The notes beneath the pieces were generated by a model that ran no database searches, was not told where the DNA came from, and was given only the letters and a program-made list of their open reading frames with translations. Shown one piece after another: positions 47,501 to 57,058 of a stretch of 64,000 nucleotides of DNA. Position 1 is the stretch's first letter, and every line of letters starts with the position of its first letter. The DNA comes from Bacteroidota bacterium. Lineage in GTDB: Bacteria; Bacteroidota; Bacteroidia; Bacteroidales; VadinHA17. Position numbers and translations under genes: made by a program. The stretch is from assembly GCA_034659275.1 (NCBI GenBank), contig JAYEGY010000117.1:42809-106808 (forward strand). The letters are read 5' to 3'.

Positions 47501-47853
47501 TTGCACTTATCAACAGCGAAATAAGATGGCCGGTGATAAGGTATATTGCAGGACGTCCCCTCAAATCCAAAATATTGAATGACTTCCAGGTAGTAGCTTT
47601 TGGGGATATTGGCGCAGCATGGAGCGGTCCGGACCCATGGTCGGGAGAAAACAAATGGGATACCGAAACTATTGAAAACGGACCTGTTAAAGTGTATCTC
47701 AACACTAACAGGCAACCAATAGTCGGTGGCTTTGGATTTGGATTGAGAGCAAATCTCTTTGGCTATTTCGTAAGAGCTGACTGGGCATGGGGTGTGGAAA
47801 ACTTAAATATCCTGCCGGGAATCTTCTACCTCTCTTTCAGCCTCGATTTTTAG
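44572..47853 (+). CDS. Large outer-membrane protein: TolB-like beta-propeller region plus Omp85/BamA-like C-terminal barrel
   Basis: 1093-aa ORF with a GTG start (an alternative TTG lies at 44578) and a signal-like N-terminus. It has WD40/TolB-like repeats (SISPDERYVAYITYNWGKRKIWIHD; DYSPNGNRLVMSA). The C-terminus resembles the surface-antigen barrel (…GFGFGLRANLFGYFVRADWAWG…). Confidence 0.6.
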   Translation: MHLNVKIRHIILTILLSVISVTANSQFYNGLQMTFGKNRLQYYDFYWSFYRFDYFDVYFNEYGKELAQYTASVAQDKIAEIEDYFDYILEKRLIFITYNLHGEQKQTNIGLVTGQDDYNIGGFSRTIKNKVMLYYEGKHEEYDQQIAAAITEAMINEMLYDADRRDRIPGSSQISLPDWYLKGLVNYIARGWDYETENKVRDGILSGRYKKLNFLEYDAAVYAGHSFWRYIAKTYGDPIIPNVIYLTKIYKNVDDGLMYVLGMKLKDLQKEWYEYYKEYYENIENGDPTDEPGEKIHETKKRRIIQDVSISPDERYVAYITYNWGKRKIWIHDTETGKREKIFSIEPKYEQVTDISYPVLGWHPNSRILTFINEEKGDLKIYFHRLVGNETESRNLLYFEKVLDFDYSPNGNRLVMSAVKNSLTDIYVHTIASGTNEQITRDVADDLNPRYIKSAENSIIFSSNRLNDTLDIPFDPIAKTGLTYDLFTYDLEKDDKVAIRLSEGEYIERFQPIARNPREIYYLGDMSGTINKYVARFDSTISYIDTTTHYRYFIKSDPLTNYNRNIIEHDFAGNTVAEIKFKDGSYHLYTGPVNEQQPIPEEELVTTNYREEKTEILHEADSIEQLRQELIELDRRRRDTLQKPLYEYYATDEPIDINYYIFEKEKENYYEQQWREDYMGIELDTGKLKFPAIRIYETSFYNNYIANQVDFNFLNQSYQAYSGGAPYFNPGFNLLTQIGAVDLFEDYKITGGFRFAGNFDSNEYLLSIENLKGSFDKQFVFHRQAISSYNDDDYFKIHSHNLYFTLAKPLSPVLALKGTISYRNDRYVALATDINSLNDDAIYRNWGGLKYEIVYDNTRNRGVNIYFGTRFKIFGEYYTDVQKKKTDMFVVGADFRHYLRIHRDLIWANRFAASSSFGPTKLLYYLGGVDNWLGFLFNDVPMFDKSVPVDPTANYAFHTLATNMRGFSQNIRNGNNFALINSEIRWPVIRYIAGRPLKSKILNDFQVVAFGDIGAAWSGPDPWSGENKWDTETIENGPVKVYLNTNRQPIVGGFGFGLRANLFGYFVRADWAWGVENLNILPGIFYLSFSLDF

Positions 47854-47870
47854 ACATACCAGATCAATAT

Positions 47871-49079
47871 ATGGACAGCATAGCGGAAACCATCAGTCAG
47901 AGTGCCAGGGAAATATTTGATGAGACTGTGAGTCTCAGAAGACATTTTCATATGTACCCTGAATTATCCTTTAATGAGTATGATACTTCTCAATTTATAT
48001 GTGATTACCTCGATAAACATAAAATTGACTATATCAGGAACCTTGCAGGAACAGGTATAATAGCATGGATAAAAGGTGCAAAAGAAAATGGGAAAGTGAT
48101 TGCTCTCCGTACCGAGCTGGATGCATTACCCGTTAAAGAAGCAACCGGCCTGGAATACGCCAGTAAAAAAAGCGGAATTATGCATGCATGTGGACATGAT
48201 GCGCATATGGCTATGCTGATATCGTCAATAATAATAATAAAGGGGATAAGGAAACACTTTGGAGGCAAGATAGCTTTCATATTTCAACCCGGCGAAGAAC
48301 TTGCTCCCGGCGGTGCACGTTTAATTATGGACACAGGAGCCTTTAAAGACCTTAATCCCGATCTTGTCATCGCACAGCATGTGCTGCCTGAATTTGAATC
48401 AGGTATGACGGGCTTCAGGGCTGGTAAATATATGGCATCAAGCGATGAAATACATATAAGAATATACGGGCGTGGAGGACATGCTGCATTGGCTGATCAA
48501 TACACCGACCAGGTATTGATAGGAAGCGAACTGGTGGTAAGACTAAAAGAAGCTGCCGCTAATTATAATACAAAAGAACCCCTGGTATTGGGGATAGGGC
48601 ATTTTACAGCCCAAGGTGCAGCCAACGTGGTACCGGAAGAAGTGAATATCAAGGGTACTATACGAACATTCGATGAAAAAATAAGGAAGGATATAAAAGA
48701 GCTCGTTTCCCTTATATGCAAACAAACAGAAGAAAAATACAGGGTAAATATTGAACTTAAAATACCCGATGGTTATCCTGTACTGGTAAATAATGACGAA
48801 TATATCAATATGTCTGTTAACCTGGCAAAAGAAATCAACGGGGAAAATATGGTTAAGGAAATCGGACCGAGAATGAGCTCTGAGGATTTCGCATTCTATG
48901 CACAAAAGTATCCGGTTGTATTTTACCGCCTTGGCATCAGCAGCAAATCAGAAGGTAAAAACGGACTCCACACACCGGTTTTCACTCTCGATGAAAAAAC
49001 AATGATCACGGGGGTGAGAACACTGAGCTACCTGGGAGTCAAATTTACAGGTAGCAGGGAACAGGGGACTTTTGAATAA
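47871..49079 (+). CDS. M20 family amidohydrolase (N-acyl-amino-acid amidohydrolase type)
   Basis: I place the start at the ATG at 47871 (MDSIAETISQ…); the ORF-track extension overlaps the upstream gene. Motifs HMYPELSFNE and MHACGHDAHM are present. Confidence 0.85.
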   Translation: MDSIAETISQSAREIFDETVSLRRHFHMYPELSFNEYDTSQFICDYLDKHKIDYIRNLAGTGIIAWIKGAKENGKVIALRTELDALPVKEATGLEYASKKSGIMHACGHDAHMAMLISSIIIIKGIRKHFGGKIAFIFQPGEELAPGGARLIMDTGAFKDLNPDLVIAQHVLPEFESGMTGFRAGKYMASSDEIHIRIYGRGGHAALADQYTDQVLIGSELVVRLKEAAANYNTKEPLVLGIGHFTAQGAANVVPEEVNIKGTIRTFDEKIRKDIKELVSLICKQTEEKYRVNIELKIPDGYPVLVNNDEYINMSVNLAKEINGENMVKEIGPRMSSEDFAFYAQKYPVVFYRLGISSKSEGKNGLHTPVFTLDEKTMITGVRTLSYLGVKFTGSREQGTFE

Positions 49080-49113
49080 GCTATTAAAATACATTAAAGT
49101 ACTTCCTGCCCCA

Positions 49114-49134
49114 TGCTCCCTGCTCCCTGCTCCC
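49114..49134. repeat. 3 x 7-bp units tgctccc
   Basis: Read directly. The array starts 35 nt after the amidohydrolase stop, with degenerate copies flanking (cctgccc…tgcaac). Confidence 0.8.
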
Positions 49135-49247
49135 TGCAACTATTTATTTATGCATGTTCTAAAAATGAATTTTATCATTTTCTAATTAAGAAATATAAAT
49201 AATTTTGCACAATCATAAACATGAATTCATAACTAAAAATAATCAAA

Positions 49248-49415
49248 ATGGCTTACGTTATTACTGATGATTGCACTGCTTGCGGAACCTGTATAGATGA
49301 ATGTCCTGTTGAGGCTATATCTGAAGGTGATATTTATAAAATCGATCCTGATTTATGCACCGACTGTGGTGCATGCGCTGATGTATGCCCGGTAGAAGCT
49401 ATTCATCCAGAGTAG
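49248..49415 (+). CDS. 2x[4Fe-4S] ferredoxin (55 aa)
   Basis: Below the ORF-track length cutoff. My translation is MAYVITDDCTACGTCIDECPVEAISEGDIYKIDPDLCTDCGACADVCPVEAIHPE*, which has two CxxCxxCxxxCP motifs. Confidence 0.88.
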   Translation: MAYVITDDCTACGTCIDECPVEAISEGDIYKIDPDLCTDCGACADVCPVEAIHPE

Positions 49416-49440
49416 CAGTAAGCAGCAAGGTAAATATTAT

Positions 49441-49474
49441 AAGGGGCTGTATAATCATACGGCCCTTTCTTTTA
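49441..49474 (+). terminator. Probable (bidirectional) terminator between ferredoxin and gldB
   Basis: Hairpin aaggggctgta-taatca-tacggcccttt with 9 of 11 stem pairs, followed by a T-rich run (ctttctttta). Confidence 0.45.
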
Positions 49475-50491
49475 TCCGGGCGGACTATATCTGGCCTCCT
49501 CAAGTATTTTTCTGTATTTATCATCGGTCATCAGATGACGTAATTCAACCTCCTGCTTGTTCTTCATATATGATTCTATTATCCTGAAGCCAAGCCATAC
49601 ACAGGCCCGGCCGGGCGATTCGGAGGTGAAATATGTAGTAAAAGGGGCCTCTCCCGTTAGTTTGCGTATCAACATCATATCAGTGCTGAAAAGCATGTCG
49701 TGCTCGATGAGATATTCCCACATCCTGTATTCGTTGTTCTTACAGAACTTCATCTGGTCTGATGTAAACCCAAATATAAGCGAGTCAGGGTACTCATACA
49801 GCATGCATTTAGTGAAATAATACAATTTCCCCTCGTAAAGCATTGCTGACAGCAAATCCCCTGATGACTCCCCTGAAGAATCCGGCCACCCTGCCTTTGC
49901 CCATGCATAAAAGGCATCAGGTACTATCTTTTCCGGGATCATCTTAAGCGTCTGGTAATTATAAATTCCCAGTTCTTTATAGTACCTGTGGCCGGTTCCC
50001 AGGTACCTGTCAAGCCCCATGCCAAGGACTGAATCACCCACAATTACACTGTTATTAAAACCTGAGATGAAAGTATAAATTTGAGGAATAAGAGAATCAG
50101 GAAAATAATACCTGTAGTTAGCCCAGGCTTCCTCAAATTCCTTTTCATAATAAGACATATCAGGATACTTACTGATAACAGTTTCATACAGTTCGCAATT
50201 AAACCGGTCAGTGGCAAAATCAACCAGCCTGTTAAAAGCAAGACTGTCATTCAAATTGCCTGCATTAACTACGTAGGCAAATAATTGCAGGAATGTACCG
50301 TATTTCGATTGCAGGCTGTCCTTCAATGCTGATAATGAAGCAGGATCAGATGAAAAAAGATCCCTCTCAAGCCTTTTTATTTCAATTTCAGGTTCCGGTA
50401 CCTTTGTTCTTATCGAATAATGATTGTCACCACATGAGACTGTAAAAAGCAATAAGAAAATCAAAAATGTTATTTCTGCCTTTTTCTTCAT
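49472..50491 (-). CDS. gldB: Gliding motility lipoprotein GldB
   Basis: 339-aa ORF with lipobox FTVSC. The C-terminal block …NEYRMWEYLIEHDMLFSTD…FTSESPGRACVWLGFRIIESYMK matches my recollection of GldB conserved motifs. The nadE neighbourhood agrees with flavobacterial loci. Confidence 0.72.
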   Translation of the reverse strand: MKKKAEITFLIFLLLFTVSCGDNHYSIRTKVPEPEIEIKRLERDLFSSDPASLSALKDSLQSKYGTFLQLFAYVVNAGNLNDSLAFNRLVDFATDRFNCELYETVISKYPDMSYYEKEFEEAWANYRYYFPDSLIPQIYTFISGFNNSVIVGDSVLGMGLDRYLGTGHRYYKELGIYNYQTLKMIPEKIVPDAFYAWAKAGWPDSSGESSGDLLSAMLYEGKLYYFTKCMLYEYPDSLIFGFTSDQMKFCKNNEYRMWEYLIEHDMLFSTDMMLIRKLTGEAPFTTYFTSESPGRACVWLGFRIIESYMKNKQEVELRHLMTDDKYRKILEEARYSPPG

Positions 50492-50644
50492 GATGTAAAA
50501 GCTCGTTTATAAGCAAACAAAAATATTTATTTTTTTGCTCAGTTCAGGCCTTCTTACAATTGATTGATATATAATTGTTATTTTCGTAACTGGCAAGGTA
50601 AATGTAAGAAATTTTATTTAAGCTAATTTCCAAATGTAACTGTA

Positions 50645-51331
50645 ATGAAAGCAAGAATATCCTTCGTAACGTTCCTGTTGATATGCATAACGGCAAGCTG
50701 GCCAGCACAAAAGTCTTTTTCACAAAACATCCAGATAGGATTGTATACAGAGCCCCTCATCAGCTGGTTTTCGTCCGATACTGAGCTCACTGCAAATGAA
50801 GGTGCCCGCCCTGGTTTGGCTTTTGGCCTTACCATTGACAGGTATTTCGCAAGAAATTATGCCTTTTCCACGGGTATAAGTATAATAAATGCCTCCGGAA
50901 GATTAAGCTATTCTGACACATTGTTAATAAGGCTCAAGAATACTCAAACTGAGCTTGTTGCAGGAGATAAGATTACTTACAGGATACAATACCTCTCGAT
51001 CCCCCTGGGGATTAAACTCAAGACAAACCAGATAGGTTATATGACCTTTTTTGCTAATGCAGGCCTGAATCCCAAAATAATAATTGGTGGAAAGGCGGAT
51101 ATCCCTTCAGAAGACATTAAAAAGGTAAATGTTACCAAAGAATTGAAACTCTTTAACCTGGGATACAATATAACAGCCGGCATGGAATATTCACTGGGTG
51201 GCAGAACCGCCGTTATGCTAGGACTGGTATATGAAGATAATTTCATGGATGTTACTAAAGACTACTCAGGACAAGCTGAGGATAAGATCAGTCACCATAT
51301 GTTGCGTTTCAGAATAGGAATAAACTTTTAA
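50645..51331 (+). CDS. Small outer-membrane beta-barrel protein (OMP_b-brl / PorT-like size class)
   Basis: 228-aa ORF with a signal peptide, alternating beta-strand pattern and a C-terminal aromatic residue (…RFRIGINF). Confidence 0.55.
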   Translation: MKARISFVTFLLICITASWPAQKSFSQNIQIGLYTEPLISWFSSDTELTANEGARPGLAFGLTIDRYFARNYAFSTGISIINASGRLSYSDTLLIRLKNTQTELVAGDKITYRIQYLSIPLGIKLKTNQIGYMTFFANAGLNPKIIIGGKADIPSEDIKKVNVTKELKLFNLGYNITAGMEYSLGGRTAVMLGLVYEDNFMDVTKDYSGQAEDKISHHMLRFRIGINF

Positions 51332-51342
51332 TCATCAGCTTA

Positions 51343-52992
51343 ATGAAAATTACCCTGGCACAGATCAATTATCATGTTGGAAATTTTGAGAAGAACAGCA
51401 AGCTTATAATTAATGCGATCGAAAAAGCAAAAAAAGACAAAGCAGACCTGATAATATTTTCTGAGCTTTCGTTAACCGGTTATCCTCCACATGATTTGCT
51501 TGAACACCGTGATTTCATCGAAAAGTGTAATCATTATATAGATGTAATAGCAAAAGAGTGCAGGGAGATATATGCCATTGTTGGTGCTCCTGCAATAAAC
51601 AGGAAAAACAGTGGTAAAAAACTCTTTAACACAGCTTATATACTTGGCGATGGGAAGGTCCTTGACATGATATACAAAAGCTTACTCCCCACCTATGATA
51701 TTTTTGATGAATACAGGTATTTCGAGCCCTCAACCGAATTTAAATTAATGTATCTTAAAGGGAAGAAACTGGCCGTAACAATATGTGAGGACCTGTGGGA
51801 TGAGCAAGGTTTTGAGAATGAGTTCAGCAGTTCACGTATGTATTCAATATCACCTATGAGCGAACTGGTAAAAATGAACCCTGACATTATAATTAACATT
51901 TCAGCATCCCCTTTTGCATATACTAAAACTGAAAGCAAAAGGAAAATATTTACCAGAAAAGCCGCCGGGTATAAACTTCCTCTTTTCATGGTTAACCAGG
52001 TTGGGGCAAACACAGATCTCATATTTGAAGGGAATTCAATGGTCATAGGGCCAAAAGGAAATATTATTGATATTTTCCCGGCTTTCAATGAACATACATC
52101 CAACTATGAGCTCTCTGATATAATCCAAAGCAAAACTGATGTAAAAATCAAAACCAACCGTATTGAAATGATCTATTCAGCACTTGGCCTGGGTCTTAAA
52201 GATTATTTCGATAAAATGAAATTCCCTTCGGCTGTTCTCGGCCTCTCAGGAGGTATAGATTCTGCAGTATGCCTGTGCATTGCTGTTAAGGCCCTTGGCC
52301 CCTCAAGAGTAAGAGCACTTATGTTGCCGTCTATGTACTCTAGTGATCACTCTGTTGATGACGCTATCGATCTGAGCAATAAACTGGGGGTGAGATATGA
52401 TGTCATAAATATCGAAAGCTCGTTCAGGGCAATCGAAGAATCACTGTCACGTATTATGAAAGGAACAGAAACTGATGTTACCGAGGAAAATATACAGGCA
52501 AGACTGAGGAGCCTCATGCTTATGGCTGTATCCAATAAATTTGGCAATATCCTCCTCAATACATCAAATAAAAGCGAAACAGCTGTTGGCTACACCACTC
52601 TCTATGGAGATATGGCAGGCAGTATATCAGTTCTTGGTGATGTTTATAAAACAGATATCTACAGGCTCGCTGATTATATCAATAAAGAAGAGTTAATAAT
52701 ACCGCAAAACATAATCAATAAACCTCCCTCGGCAGAGCTCCGCCCGGGTCAGAAAGACTCTGATTCACTACCTGATTATGAAATACTTGACTCAATATTG
52801 TACCAGTATATTGAATTGCAAAAACCTATCTCGGAAATTAAAGGCCGAAATATCAACAGGGAGCTGGTAAAAATGGTAATCGACCTTATTAATAAAAATG
52901 AATATAAACGTTTCCAGGCACCTCCTATTCTTAGAATCTCACACAAAGCTTTTGGAAGAGGCAGACGGATGCCCCTTGTAGGTATATATTGA
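51343..52992 (+). CDS. nadE: Glutamine-dependent NAD+ synthetase
   Basis: 549-aa ORF with an N-terminal CN-hydrolase domain and a C-terminal synthetase with the SGGIDS PP-loop. Confidence 0.93.
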   Translation: MKITLAQINYHVGNFEKNSKLIINAIEKAKKDKADLIIFSELSLTGYPPHDLLEHRDFIEKCNHYIDVIAKECREIYAIVGAPAINRKNSGKKLFNTAYILGDGKVLDMIYKSLLPTYDIFDEYRYFEPSTEFKLMYLKGKKLAVTICEDLWDEQGFENEFSSSRMYSISPMSELVKMNPDIIINISASPFAYTKTESKRKIFTRKAAGYKLPLFMVNQVGANTDLIFEGNSMVIGPKGNIIDIFPAFNEHTSNYELSDIIQSKTDVKIKTNRIEMIYSALGLGLKDYFDKMKFPSAVLGLSGGIDSAVCLCIAVKALGPSRVRALMLPSMYSSDHSVDDAIDLSNKLGVRYDVINIESSFRAIEESLSRIMKGTETDVTEENIQARLRSLMLMAVSNKFGNILLNTSNKSETAVGYTTLYGDMAGSISVLGDVYKTDIYRLADYINKEELIIPQNIINKPPSAELRPGQKDSDSLPDYEILDSILYQYIELQKPISEIKGRNINRELVKMVIDLINKNEYKRFQAPPILRISHKAFGRGRRMPLVGIY

Positions 52993-53207
52993 TTTTTATT
53001 AAGATTTATTCCGGATAAGCTTTTTGCCGGTATATATTATGATGCGTATCACCTTTTTTATTATCTGCATGTTCTATAACATAATAAGTAATAATCTGTC
53101 AACGTGAGCTTTACAACGTACTGTTAATGAATGTGTTAAAAAATGTTAATTTAGCATTTGTATTCATCTTTTATTATTTTTGTATATGTTTTGTAACATA
53201 AATTTCA

Positions 53208-53918
53208 ATGGAAACAATATTATACAAAAATCACTACATCCAGACCTGTATAGAAGGTCCCGGATCAATTTTCAAAAATCTCAAGTTACCTGAGAGAGAT
53301 GTCCTGGTTAAAAATCATTCATACGCTCATTATCGTAAAGGTGAGATCATTTATAAGGAAGGAGAAAAGCCACCGGGGCTTATTTGCCTGGCCGGTGGAA
53401 AGGTAAAGATATTCAAAGAAGGCGTGGGTGGTCGTGAACAAATTCTCAGAATGGTAAGGCCTGCCGGACTCCCTGGATTCAGGGCTCTTTTTGCAGGAGT
53501 AGCCTATTCTGCTTCGGCAATTGCAATTGAAGACTCCACTATATGTATTATAGAAAAAGATGCCTTTTTCAGGCTGGTTAAGGAAAGTCCTGACCTGTCG
53601 TTAAGTATAATTAAAATGCTGTCTCTTGAACTGGGTTTTTCCAACAGCCGTACGGTATCATTAACCCAGAAGCATATTAGGGGAAGGCTTGCAGAATCTT
53701 TAATAGTCCTGAAAGACATTTACGGTCTTGAGAAGGATGGAAAAACCATTAAGGCATATCTTTCAAGGGAAGATATTGCCAACCTGTCGAACATGACAAC
53801 ATCAAATGCCATAAGGACACTTTCGACATTTGCTTCTGAGAAAGTTATCTCTATTGATGGCAGGAAAATAAAGATTCTTGATCCGCCAAAGCTTAACAGG
53901 ATAAGTACTCTGGGTTAG
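53208..53918 (+). CDS. Crp/Fnr family transcriptional regulator
   Basis: 236-aa ORF with a cNMP-binding-like beta-roll and a C-terminal HTH (REDIANLSNMTTSNAIRTLS). Confidence 0.85.
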   Translation: METILYKNHYIQTCIEGPGSIFKNLKLPERDVLVKNHSYAHYRKGEIIYKEGEKPPGLICLAGGKVKIFKEGVGGREQILRMVRPAGLPGFRALFAGVAYSASAIAIEDSTICIIEKDAFFRLVKESPDLSLSIIKMLSLELGFSNSRTVSLTQKHIRGRLAESLIVLKDIYGLEKDGKTIKAYLSREDIANLSNMTTSNAIRTLSTFASEKVISIDGRKIKILDPPKLNRISTLG

Positions 53919-56393
53919 TTATTCATATAAGAAAATCCTTTTGACTCTTGCGGGAATACCTGTGAGTATTTCATATGGTATGGTATTGCAAATATCTGCT
54001 ATCTCATTGATTGATATGTTATCTCCGAATATTTCCACTATATCTCCGGCTTTAAGATTTGTTCCGCTTATGTCAATCATGCACATATCCATACATACAT
54101 TACCCTTTATTGGAAGGTAATGACCCTTAGCATACACCCTGCCCTTACCCTGTCCCATCATTCTTCTCAATCCATCGGCATATCCTACCGGCAATATTGC
54201 AATTTCCCTTGTTTTTTCGCTGGCATTTGTAAAGCCATATCCAATTCCTTCACCTGCTTTTACGGTTTTAACCTGTGAGATGCGGGTACAGAATGCAGGA
54301 CCGGTTTTTAATCCCTCCATTTCAACTTCTGTAATGCCATAGAGTCCTATCCCAAGGCGAACCATATCAAACTGGTATTCAGGAAACCTAACTATCCCTG
54401 CCGAATTAAGTAAATGTTTCAGGAATTCAGCGCCCGTCTGTTCATGGATATAATTGCTTATCCTGGTAAATTTACCTGCCTGTTCATGGCTATACTTATC
54501 CATTGCCGTATCATATGCTGCAGCAAGGTGTGAAAAAACTGAAGCTATTCTTATTGACTTAGCTGCCATCAAAGAATTTACCATCTCATCAATTTCGTTC
54601 TCCATGAAGCCCAGCCGGTGCATCCCGGTATCCAGTTTAATATGAATGGGATAGTCATTTATTCCATGTTGTTTAACCTCCTTAATAAAACATTCAAGTA
54701 TATCCTGGCTATATATTTCAGGTTCCAGGTCATACTCCAGTAATGACCTCAGTGAATACTGGTCAGGGTTCATAACCATTATACGAGTCTTTATTCCGTT
54801 TTTTCTCAGGTTTATTCCTTCATCAGGATATGCAACAGCCAGGTAATCAATACCATTATAGGTAAGCCATTCAGATATTTCCCTGGGGCCGGTTCCATAG
54901 GCAAAGGCTTTTACCATAGCCATCACCCTGGTGTCTTTCGCCAGGTATGACCTGAAAACATTGAGGTTATTCAGCACTGCATTGAGGTTTATTTCAAGCT
55001 TTGTCTGGTGAGTCTGCAGTTCAAGGAGATGTCCAATGCGTTCAAACTCAAACAATCTAGCCCCTTTCAGCAATATTGCCTGGTCCCTGAAACTTGTCGG
55101 CACGAATGATTTTATAAAACTATCAGTATCATCAAAAAAGTCCATTGTGCTAATGCTGAAGCACTTACTAAATCTCTGAAGATCTTTGCCTATTGCAATT
55201 AGCCGCTTTACCCCTGCTTTCTTAATGCTCTCGGCAACTTTACCGTAAAGTTGATACTTATTCCTGTTACCCTGCAGGAAATCAGACAGTATAACTGTCA
55301 TATCCTTATCGGATATACCCCTGAGGTGTTCCATTGCTATCCGCAGCGAACCGGGGTCAGAGTTATAGAAATCCTCCAGCAGGACGCAGTTATTTATTCC
55401 TTCTTTCTGTTCCATTCTCATGGCAACGGGGTATAGATCCTTTATCCCTGCAGATATTTGTTCACAGTCTTTGCCCAGGAAGTGAAGAGCAGTAATTATT
55501 GTTGATATATTGTCCACTGATGCAATATCAGAAAAAGGGATATTGCATACGAATTCTTTATTACCATAGCTCACCCTCAAAGCCGGACCCTCCCTGGCCT
55601 TTAAATCAGGAATAATAGTAATATTGGCATTGTCCTTGCGAGTCGACCATCTGAACAAGCGTATATCCTTCAGGCGCCGATCATTAATTATATTATTATG
55701 AATGCCTTCTTTATCCGCGGGGTAAATAATTGCTTCAGAATTTATAAACAAGCCCAGCTTTTCATGGATTTTCTCATCAATACTGCTGAAATTTTCCTGG
55801 TGTGCTTCACCGATATGCGAAAAAATGCCTATATCAGGTTTTATTATCTTTTCCAGCCTGGTTATCTCACCGGGTTTTGACATCCCTGCTTCAATAACTG
55901 CAGTATCATATTCATCACTGAGGTTCCAAAGCGACAGAGGCACTCCAACCTGTGAGTTATAACTCCTTGGGCTACGCATAACATTTACATATTTCCCAAG
56001 AATATCCGATAACCATTCTTTAATTATCGTTTTCCCATTGCTCCCCGTAATAGAAATGATGCGGCCATGGTAATTGTTTCTTTTCCAGGCAGCAAGCTTG
56101 TGAAGAGCGTCAAGACTGTCTTCAGAAATTATAAAACCGGCACCGGGATAATCATCAAATTTACTGCTGAAATACTTCCTTACAACCAGGAAAGCTCTTA
56201 CACCTGCCCGGTACATTTCAGATATATACCTGTGACCGTCATTTTTCTCACTTCTTAGGGCAATAAACATAGTACCCCCTGACATTTCCGATACTTTCCT
56301 GCTGTCAATAAGAAGCTCCTGAACCTCAAGACCCGCTTCACCCGCAAAACCGGATCCTGTGATCTCAGCAATGGTTCTGACATCCAATTTCAA
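53919..56393 (-). CDS. Bifunctional UDP-MurNAc-tripeptide:D-Ala-D-Ala ligase (MurF) / alanine racemase (Alr)
   Basis: 824-aa ORF. The N-terminal half is a Mur ligase (ITGSNGKT). The C-terminal half is an alanine racemase ([14 protein letters not shown]-Lys context, YGITEV…). This fusion is common in Bacteroidota. Confidence 0.9.
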   Translation of the reverse strand: MKLDVRTIAEITGSGFAGEAGLEVQELLIDSRKVSEMSGGTMFIALRSEKNDGHRYISEMYRAGVRAFLVVRKYFSSKFDDYPGAGFIISEDSLDALHKLAAWKRNNYHGRIISITGSNGKTIIKEWLSDILGKYVNVMRSPRSYNSQVGVPLSLWNLSDEYDTAVIEAGMSKPGEITRLEKIIKPDIGIFSHIGEAHQENFSSIDEKIHEKLGLFINSEAIIYPADKEGIHNNIINDRRLKDIRLFRWSTRKDNANITIIPDLKAREGPALRVSYGNKEFVCNIPFSDIASVDNISTIITALHFLGKDCEQISAGIKDLYPVAMRMEQKEGINNCVLLEDFYNSDPGSLRIAMEHLRGISDKDMTVILSDFLQGNRNKYQLYGKVAESIKKAGVKRLIAIGKDLQRFSKCFSISTMDFFDDTDSFIKSFVPTSFRDQAILLKGARLFEFERIGHLLELQTHQTKLEINLNAVLNNLNVFRSYLAKDTRVMAMVKAFAYGTGPREISEWLTYNGIDYLAVAYPDEGINLRKNGIKTRIMVMNPDQYSLRSLLEYDLEPEIYSQDILECFIKEVKQHGINDYPIHIKLDTGMHRLGFMENEIDEMVNSLMAAKSIRIASVFSHLAAAYDTAMDKYSHEQAGKFTRISNYIHEQTGAEFLKHLLNSAGIVRFPEYQFDMVRLGIGLYGITEVEMEGLKTGPAFCTRISQVKTVKAGEGIGYGFTNASEKTREIAILPVGYADGLRRMMGQGKGRVYAKGHYLPIKGNVCMDMCMIDISGTNLKAGDIVEIFGDNISINEIADICNTIPYEILTGIPARVKRIFLYE

Positions 56394-56983
56394 TTTTCCT
56401 CCTTTGATTCTGAAAGTTTATTATAACAATTCCTGCAGAGAGGCTTATAGCTATCCTTTTCTCCCAGCAGTACCACATTTTTATCCTTTGCAGTCCTGAA
56501 AGAGTAATTAGCCAGGTTACCACATTCAACGCATATTGCATGCACTTTGGTAACATATTCTGCTACAGCCATGATATCAGGCACAGGTCCAAAAGGCTTC
56601 CGGCTGTAATCCATATCCAGCCCCGCTATAATAACCCTCACCCCCCTGTCAGCTAACTTATTACATACATCAACTATTCCCTTATCAAAAAATTGTGCTT
56701 CGTCAATACCAACAACGTCTATCCCTTCCGAAAGAAGCAGTATCATTGAAGCATTCTCTACCGGTCTTGAAGTAATTGATCTCTCATCATGTGATACAAC
56801 AAGGGCATCCGAATACCTGGTGTCCAGTGCCGGCTTATAAATCTCAACTTTAAGACCAGCAATTCTGGTCCTTTTGAGCCGCCGGATCAGTTCTTCAGTT
56901 TTACCTGAAAACATTGATCCCGCAATAACCTCTATTGATCCCCGTTTATTAACATGATCAAGAGAATTTTCAAGAAAATACAT
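56390..56983 (-). CDS. tdk: Thymidine kinase
   Basis: 197-aa ORF with [20 protein letters not shown] and C-terminal zinc cysteines (CVECG…CRNCY). Confidence 0.93.
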   Translation of the reverse strand: MYFLENSLDHVNKRGSIEVIAGSMFSGKTEELIRRLKRTRIAGLKVEIYKPALDTRYSDALVVSHDERSITSRPVENASMILLLSEGIDVVGIDEAQFFDKGIVDVCNKLADRGVRVIIAGLDMDYSRKPFGPVPDIMAVAEYVTKVHAICVECGNLANYSFRTAKDKNVVLLGEKDSYKPLCRNCYNKLSESKEEN

Positions 56984-57058
56984 CTGCTCCTAATGTTTAT
57001 GAAGGCCGGATAATTTCTCTCACCATAAATATTAATTACATTTGCAAGGTAAAGAAAA

